DNA of 64,000 bases, from positions 3,488,001 to 3,552,000 of the forward strand of contig OY970325.1 of NCBI GenBank assembly GCA_963717145.1, given 5' to 3'. Position numbers and translations under genes: made by a program. This document shows positions 31,874 through 42,422 of this stretch, piece after piece. Below the pieces are notes generated by a model, which searched no databases, was not told where the DNA came from, and saw only the letters and a list, made by a program, of their open reading frames with translations. Position 1 is the first letter of the stretch. The number at the start of each line of letters is the position of its first letter. This stretch comes from an uncultured Armatimonadetes bacterium (GTDB lineage Bacteria; Armatimonadota; UBA5829; DTJY01).

Positions 31874-33167
31874 ATGCAAGCAGGAACCGCCTGGGTGGAC
31901 ATCACACCAACCAAGCCGCTGGACGTCGCCGGGCAGCTTCATGTGCGGGTTGGCGAGTACACACACGATCCGCTGACCGCCAATGCCGTCGCCTTCGATG
32001 ACGGCGCGACTCGGGTCGTCATCATTTCGTGCGACCTGCTCTACCTGCCGATCGAGTTCACCGACGAGGTGCAGGCGCTCTGCCACGAGCGGTTCAACAT
32101 CCCGGCGCGCTCCGTCCTGATCGCATGCACGCACACGCACGTCGGCCCCTGCACCAACACACGTTCCGTTCGGCGAGGTGAGTCCGGAGTACATGGACGG
32201 GCTGCGGGCCTCGCTCGTCGAGGTGATCGGGCGAGCGCTCGATGACCTGGAAGAGGTGACTCTCTACGCGGGGACCGGCCGGCTCGACGAACTCGGCTTC
32301 AACCGCCGCGGATGCCATTCCGACGGCCGGGCGGACATGTATCACGGAAGCTGGAACGATAACTTCGACGGCCTCGAAGGCCCGCGCGACGGGCGGCTTC
32401 CCGTGATCTTCGCGCGGAGGTCCTCTGACGGCGGGCTGAAGTTCGTGATCCCGTCGTTCGCCACCCACCCGACCACGATGGAGGGCGACTGCTTCTACAG
32501 CGCTGACATCCCTGGCTCCTTGCGCAACTTCCTCAGGCGAAACCTCGGCGACGAGATTGGCATCGTGTACCTCACCGGCGCCGCGGGAAACACTTCCCCC
32601 ATGCAGCTCGAGGACAACCCCGACCGTGACCGGCCCTGGTACGACGAGGAGGGCTGGGAGCGGTGCGGGACCTACATCGGCGCGGAAGTCCTGAAGGTGA
32701 TTGCCTCGACAACCGAGCCGATGGCCGACCCCGAGATCCGTCTGGCGCAGGCGGTCGAGAAGATACCGATCCGCCCGTATCCGTCCGATTTCGACCCCGA
32801 GAAGCTCTCCTGGGGCAGGGATTACTTTGCGCCGTATCGTGACGACTGGCCGAGGATGCTTCGAGAGGAGAGCCCGGTCGATGTGCGGCTGAACGTCCTG
32901 CGGCTTGGGGACGCGGTCATCTGCACGAACCCGGCGGAGTTGTACGTCGAGCACGGCCTCGGGATCAAGGATGCGTCGCCCGCGCGCGTCACCATCGTGA
33001 GCGAGCTGACCGACGGACACGTCGGCTACGTTCCGACCACAGAGGCGTTCGCGCACGGCGGATACTCGGTGTGGCCGGCGTGGTCCAGCAAGCTCGCGGA
33101 GGATGCGGGCGACAGAATCGTGGAGTCCACACGCAGCCTGCTCCGGGAGGCCTTCCCCGAGGGCTGA
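31874..33167 (+). CDS. Neutral/alkaline ceramidase-like N-terminal domain protein (frameshift near 32160)
   Basis: DITP, HDPL, CTHTH in the first frame; NRR, FATHPT, GAAGN, PAELY, GYVPT in the second. Confidence 0.8.
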
Positions 33168-33242
33168 CCATCTCTAACTGAATCACCGTTGCACGTTCGG
33201 GGTATGACTGTAGCACGGTTATTCAGTGAGGAGGTCAGTACC

Positions 33243-33644
33243 ATGAGATTCGCCGGATATTCCGCGATCGCGGCATTGCTGTTGATTGCGCTTCTGCTGG
33301 TGGGCTGCTCGCGTTCGACCTCGCCAACCACCACGAGTCCGCCTCCAATGGGCAAGGCAACCGCCGGCCAGGTGATGGTCATGGAGAAGGAATGGTCCAT
33401 CACCCTTGACCCGGACACAGTGAAGGCGGGAAGCATTGAGTTCCATGTCATGAATGAAGGCAAGTATGCACATTCGATGGAGATCGAGGGACCGGGAGTT
33501 GAACAGTCGCTCCCGAGCAACGTGGATCCCAGCCAGTCCACGACCTTGACCCTGGACCTGAAGGCCGGGAAATACAACGTCTACTGCCCGATCGGCGGGC
33601 ATGCCGGCAACGGCATGAAGGCGACGCTGACCGTCATGGAGTAG
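33243..33644 (+). CDS. Cupredoxin-domain lipoprotein
   Basis: LLVGC lipobox; type-1 copper ligand pattern H...YCPIGGH...GM. Confidence 0.85.
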   Translation: MRFAGYSAIAALLLIALLLVGCSRSTSPTTTSPPPMGKATAGQVMVMEKEWSITLDPDTVKAGSIEFHVMNEGKYAHSMEIEGPGVEQSLPSNVDPSQSTTLTLDLKAGKYNVYCPIGGHAGNGMKATLTVME

Positions 33645-33645
33645 G

Positions 33646-33700
33646 CAATGGTTGATGGTTAATGGCGGACTGGCCCCGGTCAACCATCAACCATGAACCG
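33646..33700. repeat. Palindrome of 7-mer units
   Basis: ATGGTTGATGGTTAATGG ... TCAACCATCAACCATGAACC. Confidence 0.6.
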
Positions 33701-33721
33701 TTCCTCATCTCCGCCTGCATT

Positions 33722-35188
33722 GTAACAGTTCAGGCTTAGGGATTATTTTGTCTGTAAGAAGAAGGAACCTGCTGGGAGCGTCTCGAACCAAGGAGTGTGA
33801 GCGAGCAATCCAAGCCGACATACGAGGAGCTTGAGGCCAGGGTCAGCCAGTTGGAAGGTCTAGTTCCCCAACTCGTGGCGCGTATCGGCGACCTGGAGAA
33901 GGAGAACGAAGACCTTCGCGCCAGGCTTTCCGGCGGTGATGGCAGTTCCCCATCCGTGCCTGACTGGGTGAAGCCGAACCGCAAAGAGCGCCGGGCAGCT
34001 GAACGAAAGAAGCGCAAGAAGTCGTTCGTGCGCAGGCGGGAGACACCCACCCGTGTAGTCGAGCACGCGCACTCGAAGTGTCCGGACTGCGGCCGAGCGC
34101 TCACAGGGGGCACGGTAAAGAGACTCCGCCAAGTCATCGACATCCCCATCGTGCCTGTGGACGTAGTCGAGCACAGGTTCATCGCCAGAAGATGCGGATA
34201 CTGTGGCAAGAGTCATGTGCCGAAGGTTGACCTTTCCGGCCAGGTTGTAGGCAAGCATCGGGTAGGCGTGAACCTGATGAGCCTGATATCGTATCTTTCG
34301 ACGGTAGGTCGCATGACAAAGCGGACGATACAGGGATTGCTGAAGGCTCTGTATGGTCTTCAGCTCTCTGTGGGAGAGATAAGCGAGATATTGCACACGG
34401 TGGCAGACTGTGGCAAAAAAGAGAAAGAGCGGCTACTCTCGCTTGTACGTGGAAGCCCATACATAAACGCAGACGAGACGGGCTGGAGAGAGGATGGGCT
34501 GAACGGATACATCTGGACCTTCTCCACTAAGAACGTGCGCTACTTCATCTACCGGCGGAGTCGGAGTGGAGAGATCCCGAAGGAAACGATAGGCGGCGAC
34601 TACGAAGGGGTAGTGGTAACGGATTGCTATGCCGGATACAACCCGGTAGTTGCAGACCGCCAGATATGCTGGGCACATCTGGCCAGGGATCTGCACAAAC
34701 TGAAGGAGAGGAACGCGGACGACACGGGCGTCATCGCATGGGCGGATGCGGTGAAGGGTGTTTACGATCGGGCAAAGGAGTTCCGGAGCAAGAAGGCGGA
34801 GGTTCGCAAGTGGAAGCGAGTACTCTTCGAGGAAGAGGTAGAGGCGCTCTCAGGTCCGTATGTCGGCTCAGATGCTCCACAGCAGACGCTGGCAAAGAGA
34901 TTCATAGATCGCTTGCACGAGTTGTTCATGTTCGTAGAGTACCCGGAAGTACCGTCGGACAACAATGGCGCAGAACGAGCGCTGAGGCCGTGTGTGATCG
35001 CCCGCAAGGTATGCGGAGGCACACGAAGCGCGAAGGGTTCCGAGACAAAGATGACGCTCATGAGTCTGTTTGGCACATGGCACGTCAGGGGTCTGGACAT
35101 GCTCGAATCATGCAGGCAACTGCTCGCAGGCAAGTCTGTCCTCTTCCCTGCCTGATCAAACTCGTTATCCCCAAGCGTGAACTGTTAC
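33722..35188 (+). mobile_element. IS66-family element (single-ORF type), copy 1, 1467 bp
   Basis: TIRs GTAACAGTTCA... match at 21/24 positions; 8-bp target duplication CCTGCATT at 33714-33721 and 35189-35196. Confidence 0.95.
33797..35155 (+). CDS. IS66 transposase
   Basis: Coiled coil, CPDCG zinc ribbon, ADETGW, QICWAH, DNNGAERALR. Confidence 0.95.
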   Translation: MSEQSKPTYEELEARVSQLEGLVPQLVARIGDLEKENEDLRARLSGGDGSSPSVPDWVKPNRKERRAAERKKRKKSFVRRRETPTRVVEHAHSKCPDCGRALTGGTVKRLRQVIDIPIVPVDVVEHRFIARRCGYCGKSHVPKVDLSGQVVGKHRVGVNLMSLISYLSTVGRMTKRTIQGLLKALYGLQLSVGEISEILHTVADCGKKEKERLLSLVRGSPYINADETGWREDGLNGYIWTFSTKNVRYFIYRRSRSGEIPKETIGGDYEGVVVTDCYAGYNPVVADRQICWAHLARDLHKLKERNADDTGVIAWADAVKGVYDRAKEFRSKKAEVRKWKRVLFEEEVEALSGPYVGSDAPQQTLAKRFIDRLHELFMFVEYPEVPSDNNGAERALRPCVIARKVCGGTRSAKGSETKMTLMSLFGTWHVRGLDMLESCRQLLAGKSVLFPA

Positions 35189-35244
35189 CCTGCATTGACT
35201 CCGGCATGGCCGCCTGTTAGAATGCGGACGAGAGGATTCTGACA

Positions 35245-36804
35245 GTGGCCATGCCCGGACAATCCCAACCTCATCAGGAAGTCGCCGAACGCCCGTATCG
35301 CGGCATCGATCGGTTCTTCCGGAGACACGAACTCGCTATCATACTCTCGCTCTGCGTCCTCGCCGCCATCCGCGTGCTCGCATTCAGTGCGGGCTTCCCG
35401 CCGTTCACCAATATCGACGAGCAGGCGCACTACAGCTTGGTACTCGACTATGCCGAGGGGCGCATCCCGGCTAATCTCGAGAGGTACAATCCGCAAGCCG
35501 GAGGGGTCATCGCGAGGTATGGCTCGCCGGAGTATCTCGCCTCTCAGGAGAGGTTCGACCAGGGACTCGTGCGGCCACCTTTGAAAGACCTTCCGCCGGA
35601 ACTGGCCGATGCGATCGCCGCCCGGGCTACGGAGGAGTGGAGATCGCGAACGAATCTCGAAAGTACGCAGGCGCCCGTATACTACGCCGCCGCCGGAGCG
35701 TGGTACCGGCTCGGGGAGCTATTCGGCATCCATGATATTCGTCTGGCCTACTGGATACGGTTCCTCAACGTTCTGATCTGCGGGCTGTTGGTGTGGACCG
35801 CCTATGCGTTCATCCGCCAGCTCTATCCCGGCAACCTGCTCCTGCGAACGGGAGTTCCGCTCCTGCTGGCCTTCTTTCCACAGGATGTGTTCTACAGCAT
35901 CAACAACGACGTGATGACTCCGCTTCTATATGCCGTAGCGTTCTACTCGCTGCTCAGGATCGGCCTGGAAGAGAGCAGGACTCGCGGCCCATATCTGGTC
36001 GCCGGGCTCTCGATTGCCGCCGTGATTTTGGTCAAGATGGGCAACGTTACGATCCTTGTGCCCATGGCGCTCGTGATATTGGCCCTGCTTCGGAAAGCGC
36101 GCTCAGAGGGCCGACTCAGGGAGACACTTCGCCTCATCGGGCTGATGGTTGGGGCGGCAATCATACCGATCGCAGTCTGGATGGCGCGAAACTACATCGG
36201 TTCCGGCGATCTGACCGGCGCGAGCGAGAAGATCAGCGCCCTCACGTGGACCTACAGGCCACTGGATGCGATCTTCGATCATCCGGTGTTCGGACCTGCC
36301 GGGGCGTGGACGTTCATCAGCGGACTTATCGTGACGTTCTGGCGGGGCGAACTCGTATGGCACATGGTCCGCATGGCGATGCGATCGGCCGACATCTTCT
36401 ATATCGCATCGACGCTGCTGTTCACCACGGCCGCGGTCGTCGCCCTGATATGGAGGCGCGGAGAGCAACCGGCCGGCGAACGGTATGCGGGATGGATGGG
36501 GATATCCGCTCTGGCGGCCTCCGTGGGATTGATGTTCATGCTGTCGATCATGTTCGATTTCGGATACTGCTTCTATCCCTCGTGCGAGGCGCCGTTTCTG
36601 ACGTCGGGCCGGCTCATGTCGGGGGTGATGGTCCCGTTCCTGGTGCTCTACATCACCGGCCTCGACTGGCTAATGTCGCGCGCCCGGCTCCCGATCAGCC
36701 GATTGTGGGTGCTGCTGGTGATCGTCGCCCTGATCACGGCCTCCGAGATCGCGATCAACCTTCCGGCATTCCACAGCCCGTACAACTGGTTCCACTTGTC
36801 CTGA
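35245..36804 (+). CDS. Polytopic membrane protein, GT-C glycosyltransferase-like (DUF2142-like)
   Basis: PPFTNIDEQAH, PVYY and INND motifs; about 10 TM helices. Confidence 0.75.
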   Translation: MAMPGQSQPHQEVAERPYRGIDRFFRRHELAIILSLCVLAAIRVLAFSAGFPPFTNIDEQAHYSLVLDYAEGRIPANLERYNPQAGGVIARYGSPEYLASQERFDQGLVRPPLKDLPPELADAIAARATEEWRSRTNLESTQAPVYYAAAGAWYRLGELFGIHDIRLAYWIRFLNVLICGLLVWTAYAFIRQLYPGNLLLRTGVPLLLAFFPQDVFYSINNDVMTPLLYAVAFYSLLRIGLEESRTRGPYLVAGLSIAAVILVKMGNVTILVPMALVILALLRKARSEGRLRETLRLIGLMVGAAIIPIAVWMARNYIGSGDLTGASEKISALTWTYRPLDAIFDHPVFGPAGAWTFISGLIVTFWRGELVWHMVRMAMRSADIFYIASTLLFTTAAVVALIWRRGEQPAGERYAGWMGISALAASVGLMFMLSIMFDFGYCFYPSCEAPFLTSGRLMSGVMVPFLVLYITGLDWLMSRARLPISRLWVLLVIVALITASEIAINLPAFHSPYNWFHLS

Positions 36805-36904
36805 CGAAGCCTCCGTAACTTCGGCGATCCTGAACCGTATAACCGCATGGTTGCTGGGAATTTGGATTGATTTGGGAATCATCAACGTCGCAGGGAGGTT
36901 TGAT

Positions 36905-37999
36905 GTGAGAAACTTCGTGGCCGTGGTCTTACTCGTGCTGATCATCTCGGCGCTGGGGTACTTGGCACCACCCGCCAAGTACACCCTCTACTACATCGAC
37001 ACTACGCACAACGTGTCGAAGGTCGGGATCGACTCGACCGGCCATCCGGTCGGGAAGCCAAAACGGCTCACGTCGGGCGGTAAGTACGACGCCTACAGCG
37101 TTTCTCCGGATGAGAAGTATGTCGTGGGGATACAGAATGTGAAGCCGATGAGCAACCTCGATGGCCATTGGACTCAGTACATCGAAGTCACCGGCGGCAG
37201 TCGCGTCACTGCACTGATGAATGGAAAGGCTATCTGGGCGGATGGCCTGCCCTCGGTCAGGTGGGCGCTTTCTCAGGGGATCATTGTGTACGACCTTCCG
37301 GGCAATGTGGGGTACTCCTCCTTGCTCTTCACCATCAGCGGCCGCAAGCTGCCTTTTGAGTCCGAGACCGACTTCATCGAAGCCTTATCATCCGATCAGA
37401 GGCTTGCCTTCGTAAGGGAGTTGGTGTGCTGTGGCAACACATATCCAGGGGATTTCGGTATCATTGATCTCCGCTCCGGCAAGCGGACCATGCTCATGAA
37501 GTCGGATTCCCAGGAAGCGACGGTGTGGTTTGGCAAGACTCATCGATTTGCCTTCATAGACGGCGGAGGTCGCGCCTGGGCAGGCGAGGTATATCCTTCC
37601 GACGGGAATCCCAAGGTCACAAAGTGGCCGCTAACCCGCTACGGCGGATGCACCGATCTGCGGTACATAGCTGGGAAGGGCATCTACTTCGTGCAGAGGT
37701 CGAGTGATCGTAGCACCAGAGCCTACCTTACCTCAGACCTGAGAGACCTGAGGAAAACATCGGGTCTTCCAATGCCTGCCATGCCAAACACACGTCAGAT
37801 TGCCATAGACCGAATGCTGACCGGCATTCGGGGCGCATGGACGAGCACCGTGAGCCTGACTTCCGACCTCAAGCTCCTGGCCGTTCCGGTTGACGTGCGG
37901 CAGGGAGGGATGCCGGAGATCCGCGTCGTCACCCGTGACGGCAAGTCGGTCACCATCGCGCGAGGGAAGTTCCCGCACTGGACAGGCGACCTGGAGTAA
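36905..37999 (+). CDS. Secreted hypothetical protein, TolB-like beta-propeller
   Basis: GGAGG RBS and GTG start; N-terminal TM/signal; SPDEK and SSDQR blade-like motifs. Confidence 0.65.
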   Translation: MRNFVAVVLLVLIISALGYLAPPAKYTLYYIDTTHNVSKVGIDSTGHPVGKPKRLTSGGKYDAYSVSPDEKYVVGIQNVKPMSNLDGHWTQYIEVTGGSRVTALMNGKAIWADGLPSVRWALSQGIIVYDLPGNVGYSSLLFTISGRKLPFESETDFIEALSSDQRLAFVRELVCCGNTYPGDFGIIDLRSGKRTMLMKSDSQEATVWFGKTHRFAFIDGGGRAWAGEVYPSDGNPKVTKWPLTRYGGCTDLRYIAGKGIYFVQRSSDRSTRAYLTSDLRDLRKTSGLPMPAMPNTRQIAIDRMLTGIRGAWTSTVSLTSDLKLLAVPVDVRQGGMPEIRVVTRDGKSVTIARGKFPHWTGDLE

Positions 38000-38010
38000 G
38001 CACCTTCGCA

Positions 38011-39885
38011 TCATGCCTCCAGGAGCGGGAACTCCGTGATCCGGAGCTTCGCGCAGCCGTAGGGGATGAGCGTCAGCTCCTCGACCGGCTCGGATGACTT
38101 CGCCGGGCTCTGCGGGAGCGGGCCGGCTTGGTTGTCGACCAGCTGCCACTCCGGGAGCTTCCGCCCCTTGACCCTCAGCTCGATCGGCGCGAACTCCGGG
38201 CCGTAGACCACCTCACCGACCGACTTCTTCACCACCTCGACCTGCCGGCTTCTCTGGGTCGAGCAGCAGCCCATAGTTCCACGGCGTCGTCGGATGGACC
38301 GCATAGTCCGGCAGCATGGATCCTCCCCTCTGATCTTCTCCCACCGCTCGCCGATCTTGAGCGAGTAGACGAGCGGCCCGCGCTTGAGCGTCACCGAGTC
38401 GTTGAACCGGCGCTCGACCGCGACCTTCATCGGGAATCGAAGCTCGACCACATCGCCATCGTGCCACTCGCGCTCGATCGAGTGAAACGTCCCCGGCTCG
38501 GCATGGTCGGCCTCCCCGTTGATATGGACGCTCACTCCCTCGGCCCACGCGGGAATCCGGAACCTGAGCGGGAAGGCTGCCGCGTGCTCGAGAGGTGGAC
38601 GGTCACCTTGATCGTCTCGTCGAACGGGTAGTCGGTCTCCACGTCGACGGTGACGCTTCCTGCCCGCCTCGGACCTTTGCCTTCACCTGGCACGGACCGT
38701 ATGCCACCGCCGCGAGACCCTCATCGGGCGTCGCCATCCAGAGGTTGGCGGCGAACTTCGGCCAGCCCTGGTGCAGGTTCGCCGTGCAGCACCCGTAGTT
38801 CGGCTCGAGGCCGAAGAGGTTGGACGTCATCGCTGTTGTTCGTCCAATGACGCTTGTCGATCGTGCAGAGCACCTGGTTCGCCTGCTGATCGTATTGATG
38901 CTGCCACATGTCGGCGGTGAACGTGCCGGGGAGCGCGTTGTAGGCGATCTTCTCCAGCCGGTCGCCGAACGCCGGGTCGCCGAGCATCTGCATCAGGTTC
39001 TCCAGCGAGAACATGTACTCCACGACCGCGCACAGCTCCGTGCCCTGGGTCGGATTCTTGCCGGCATAGTGCTCGTCGCCGGTGAAGATGCCGACCGCCG
39101 TGCCGTGATACTTGTCGAGCATCTCGATGCGTCTTTCCGACCGCGTCCTTGTGCTCCTCCCAGCCGGTCAGGACGTACTGCACGCCGGGAGTCTTCGCCG
39201 CCATGCCGTTGTTCACGACGTGCGTGCGCATCCCGAAGGCAAGCGTCTGCTTCTGGGTGTGAGCGAAGTCGGTGAAGTGGTAGCTCCAGTCGTAGCCCTG
39301 GCGCATGATGTCGTTCGCGAGTTCGATCAGCTCGGGGTCGCCGTTGCGGTTGTAGAGCCAGATGATGCTGAGGACGCGTATCCGCCCAGCGGACCTTCGC
39401 CCAGGTGTACAGATGCCGGTTGTTCGGAAGCTCGCGCTTCATGTACTTGAAGAACCGCTCCATCAGCGGGATCACGCGCGGGTCGCCGGTCGCCTCCTGA
39501 TACTGCGTGAGCACCTTGAGGATGATCCCGAACGGCCACCAGTCGTTGAGCGACTTCGGGCCGAAGTGGCCGCGCTCGTCCTGGCTGTCGAGAGTCCAAT
39601 CCATCCATTGCTTCGCGATGCCGATCAGCTTCTCGTCGTCCAGGAGGATACGCGAGCGGAACGAGGCCGTCGAGGTAATACGGCCCGCGCTCCCAGCTCT
39701 CGCCCGTGCCGCCGAGCCACCCGCTGTTCGGCCCGAGCGACTCCCAGAACTCCGGCAGCATGCCCGGTCTGCCCATTCGCCTGTATCGCGAGTTGTCTCT
39801 TCAGCCATCCCTTCGGCTTGACGCTCCCCAGCGGCAGGAAGCTGAACGCGGTCTCCTGCAGCGGTTGGCGGTTCGATGTATGCAT
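38011..39885 (-). pseudogene. Beta-L-arabinofuranosidase (GH127/GH146-like), multiply frameshifted
   Basis: Fragments [47 protein letters not shown] and LIPYGC are spread over several frames. Confidence 0.85.
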
Positions 39886-39905
39886 CCTGAAGGCCTCCGA
39901 TTCCG

Positions 39906-40004
39906 GTCGGGAGGGCGAGGCTCCGTCCGAGCCGGATGCTCCGGTAGCCCCACTTCGTTCTGCTGCCGAAGCATCCGGCTCGGACGGAGCCTCGCCCTCC
40001 CGAC
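39906..40004. repeat. Perfect inverted repeat (35-bp arms, GGGAGGGCGAGGCTCC family)
   Basis: 39906-39940 versus 39970-40004. Confidence 0.9.
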
Positions 40005-40045
40005 TACTCCCACACTCCCATACTCCCACACTCCCATACTCTCCT
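40005..40045. repeat. 8-mer tandem repeat (CTCCCAYA)n
   Basis: About 4.5 copies; the same unit occurs at 51942-52002. Confidence 0.8.
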
Positions 40046-40086
40046 CCCCGGAAGGACATCCGGTCGATCGAATAGAAATCAACAGC

Positions 40087-40740
40087 ATGCAAGCGGACAG
40101 AATGTGCGCCATTTTCGGTGATATCGTCAAGTCGCGAGTGACCCTGGAGCGGGCCGAACTGCAGAAGCGCATCCATGTGGCGGTCGGTCAGGTGAACGAA
40201 CGCTTCCGGGACCACATTGCCATTCCCTTCCGCATCATCGCCGGCGATGAGATCCGCGGCCTGCTCAGGGATGACACGTGCAGCTACGAGTTGATCCTCA
40301 CGATCGAGAGGGCGATCTGGCCCGCTCGAATGCGCTACTCCATCGGCATCGGAGGCATCACCACGGACCTGTCGGAGAGCATCGACGCCATCGACGGGCC
40401 TGCGCTCCACAGGGCGAGCGAGGGCATGGACCTCCTCAAGAACAGGAAGCGCGCTCATGGCCGATTGATCCTCTTCCGCTCGGACGATCAGGCGCGTGAT
40501 GACCTGCTCAACGCGCTGACGTTTCTCGTAGATTCGATCAAGAGCCGCTGGACGGCCGAGCAGTTCGAGCGCGCGTTATTGGCTCAGTCAGGCCTGTCTG
40601 TGGCCGAGATTGCTTCGCGACTCGGGATCAAGCAGCAAGCCGTAGCCAGGTCCATCTCCACGGCGATGTACCCGACCGTGGAGGAGGGGTCCAGGCAGAT
40701 CGGCCTGCTGCTCAAGAATAACAACGCAAATGCGTTGTAA
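40087..40740 (+). CDS. satD: SatD family protein (nucleotide-cyclase/palm-like N-terminus plus C-terminal HTH)
   Basis: [31 protein letters not shown], and [17 protein letters not shown] (HTH). Confidence 0.85.
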   Translation: MQADRMCAIFGDIVKSRVTLERAELQKRIHVAVGQVNERFRDHIAIPFRIIAGDEIRGLLRDDTCSYELILTIERAIWPARMRYSIGIGGITTDLSESIDAIDGPALHRASEGMDLLKNRKRAHGRLILFRSDDQARDDLLNALTFLVDSIKSRWTAEQFERALLAQSGLSVAEIASRLGIKQQAVARSISTAMYPTVEEGSRQIGLLLKNNNANAL

Positions 40741-40885
40741 TCAGGATAACAACGCAAATGCGTTGTTATCTGGGTTGAAACGCATCTGCGTTGCAATCCG
40801 GATAGCAGCCAGATGTGGCTGCGAACCCGATGACACCCTGTGGCGGGTGTTATCCGGATAACACCCGAACTCGGGTGTTATCCAC
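40718..40885. repeat. Tandem array of six 28-bp palindromic units
   Basis: Units start at 40718, 40746, 40774, 40802, 40830 and 40858; each is a 24-bp palindrome plus a CCGG-like linker. Confidence 0.92.
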
Positions 40886-40900
40886 TGCGGAGGACCGAAG

Positions 40901-41668
40901 ATGGTACGCCAACTCCTGCTGATCCTGCTGATATCCCACATCATCGCCGACTTCGCCGTTCGTCGGGAGGTCCTGGGGCAGAAGAACGGCGCGCGGACGA
41001 GCGCCTCATGGCCGCACCTCTTGGTCTTCGTCGGCCTCAACTCCCTCGCGTTTCTCTGCATCGCGTTCCTGAACGGCAGTATCTCCGCAGTTCCCTGGAT
41101 GGCATACTCGCGCCTCGTCCTGGGGGTCGCTCTGTTCCATTGGCTAGTCGACCGCGTCTTCCAGCGCACCGGCCTGTGGGATAGGGAGAAGGTCGGATCG
41201 CGGCAAAGATGGCTCTACGTGATCCAGCAGGCACTCAAGATCGTCTTCATACTCCTTGCGGCCGGCGCCGGCGGGACCGTCAGCTTTCCCGGGGATGGCA
41301 TCAAGCCGCTCGCATACGTGTTTGGGTACGCATTCTCGTTGTTCGCCGGGGATGCGTTCGTCTGCCTGGTATTGACCAAGCTCACCTGGACCACTGATAA
41401 GGAAGCGGTCTCCGAATCAGTCGCGGGAGGCGGGCGGCTGATTGGAGTCTTCGAGGCGATTCTGGTCACCACCTTTGTGATAGCGCATCAGTACGCAGCG
41501 ATCGGGGTCATACTTGCGGCGAAGTCACTCGCGCGGTTCGAATGGCTGAAAGACCACGAGGGCCGAGCCGAGTACTTCCTCGTGGGCACGCTCGCGAATC
41601 TGACCTGGTTGGCGCTCGGAGGGCTGCTCGCCCTCTGGTTCGCGGGCCGTGCACTCTTCCCCGGCTGA
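40901..41668 (+). CDS. DUF3307 family membrane protein
   Basis: SHIIADF, HWLVD, GGRLIGVFE, AAKSLARF, AEYFLVGTL. Confidence 0.85.
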   Translation: MVRQLLLILLISHIIADFAVRREVLGQKNGARTSASWPHLLVFVGLNSLAFLCIAFLNGSISAVPWMAYSRLVLGVALFHWLVDRVFQRTGLWDREKVGSRQRWLYVIQQALKIVFILLAAGAGGTVSFPGDGIKPLAYVFGYAFSLFAGDAFVCLVLTKLTWTTDKEAVSESVAGGGRLIGVFEAILVTTFVIAHQYAAIGVILAAKSLARFEWLKDHEGRAEYFLVGTLANLTWLALGGLLALWFAGRALFPG

Positions 41669-41763
41669 TCGTCCCGAAACCAGCTCTTAACCTCCCCGAA
41701 ACACGGATGAAACGTCGCGTCGGTATCATATGCGTGACTGAACACATCGAGGAGGACGCGCAC

Positions 41764-42420
41764 GTGAACAAGAGAGCAGTTCTCATAGCTTTGATGGCTT
41801 CCGCCATGATGGCGATCGGAAGCGCCGCCTATGCCACGCCATCCACACTGATCTGGATACCATCGACCGACATCCAGAGCGGCTCGATGCACCTCGGGAT
41901 CGATATCTACGAGGCATCCGGGGATGGCGACCTTCCGACCGACTACGGGCTGACGTTCGGCAACGGGGAGTTCGAGTATGGTGTGGACTACTTCGAGGGG
42001 ATCGACGATCCGGTCTTCTTCAATGCCAAGGCGCTGCTCATAGACGAGTCGCCGACATCGCCCCGACTGGTCGCCGGAGTCTACGGCCTGGGGACCAGGA
42101 GCGCCACATCCTCCAGTATCATCTATCTACTTGGCAGCAAGACCTTCCCCATCGGGCGCTTCACCGCCGGCTATGGTGTCGGCAGGAAGGCGGCTCTGGG
42201 TGAGGACAACGCGATGATCCTGCTCGGATTCGACAAAGCCTTGAGCGACAGATGGTGGGCAGCCGTCGACTACCAGGGTGGCAAGAGCGCATTCGGCGCG
42301 CTGAACGCGGGCGTGGCGTACACCTTCAGCCCGACTACCAGCGTCATAGTCGGTCGGGACTGGTACAACGATCGCTCTATCCCGGATACACTCACCGCTC
42401 AGCTCGACATGAACTTCTGA
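41764..42420 (+). CDS. Putative outer-membrane beta-barrel protein
   Basis: GAGGAGG RBS; signal peptide ending AYA; TPST.IWIPSTD; amphipathic strands; terminal Phe. Confidence 0.7.
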   Translation: MNKRAVLIALMASAMMAIGSAAYATPSTLIWIPSTDIQSGSMHLGIDIYEASGDGDLPTDYGLTFGNGEFEYGVDYFEGIDDPVFFNAKALLIDESPTSPRLVAGVYGLGTRSATSSSIIYLLGSKTFPIGRFTAGYGVGRKAALGEDNAMILLGFDKALSDRWWAAVDYQGGKSAFGALNAGVAYTFSPTTSVIVGRDWYNDRSIPDTLTAQLDMNF

Positions 42421-42422
42421 CG

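Noticed and set aside
39706-40086. N-terminal extension of SatD, and similarly ORF extensions at 51890 and 51989
   Set aside because: These extensions merely translate intergenic repeats; family similarity begins at the downstream starts.
40718-40885. The array as a CRISPR locus
   Set aside because: There are no unique spacers between invariant repeats, the period is only 28 bp, the variable part is itself palindromic, and there are no cas genes in the window.
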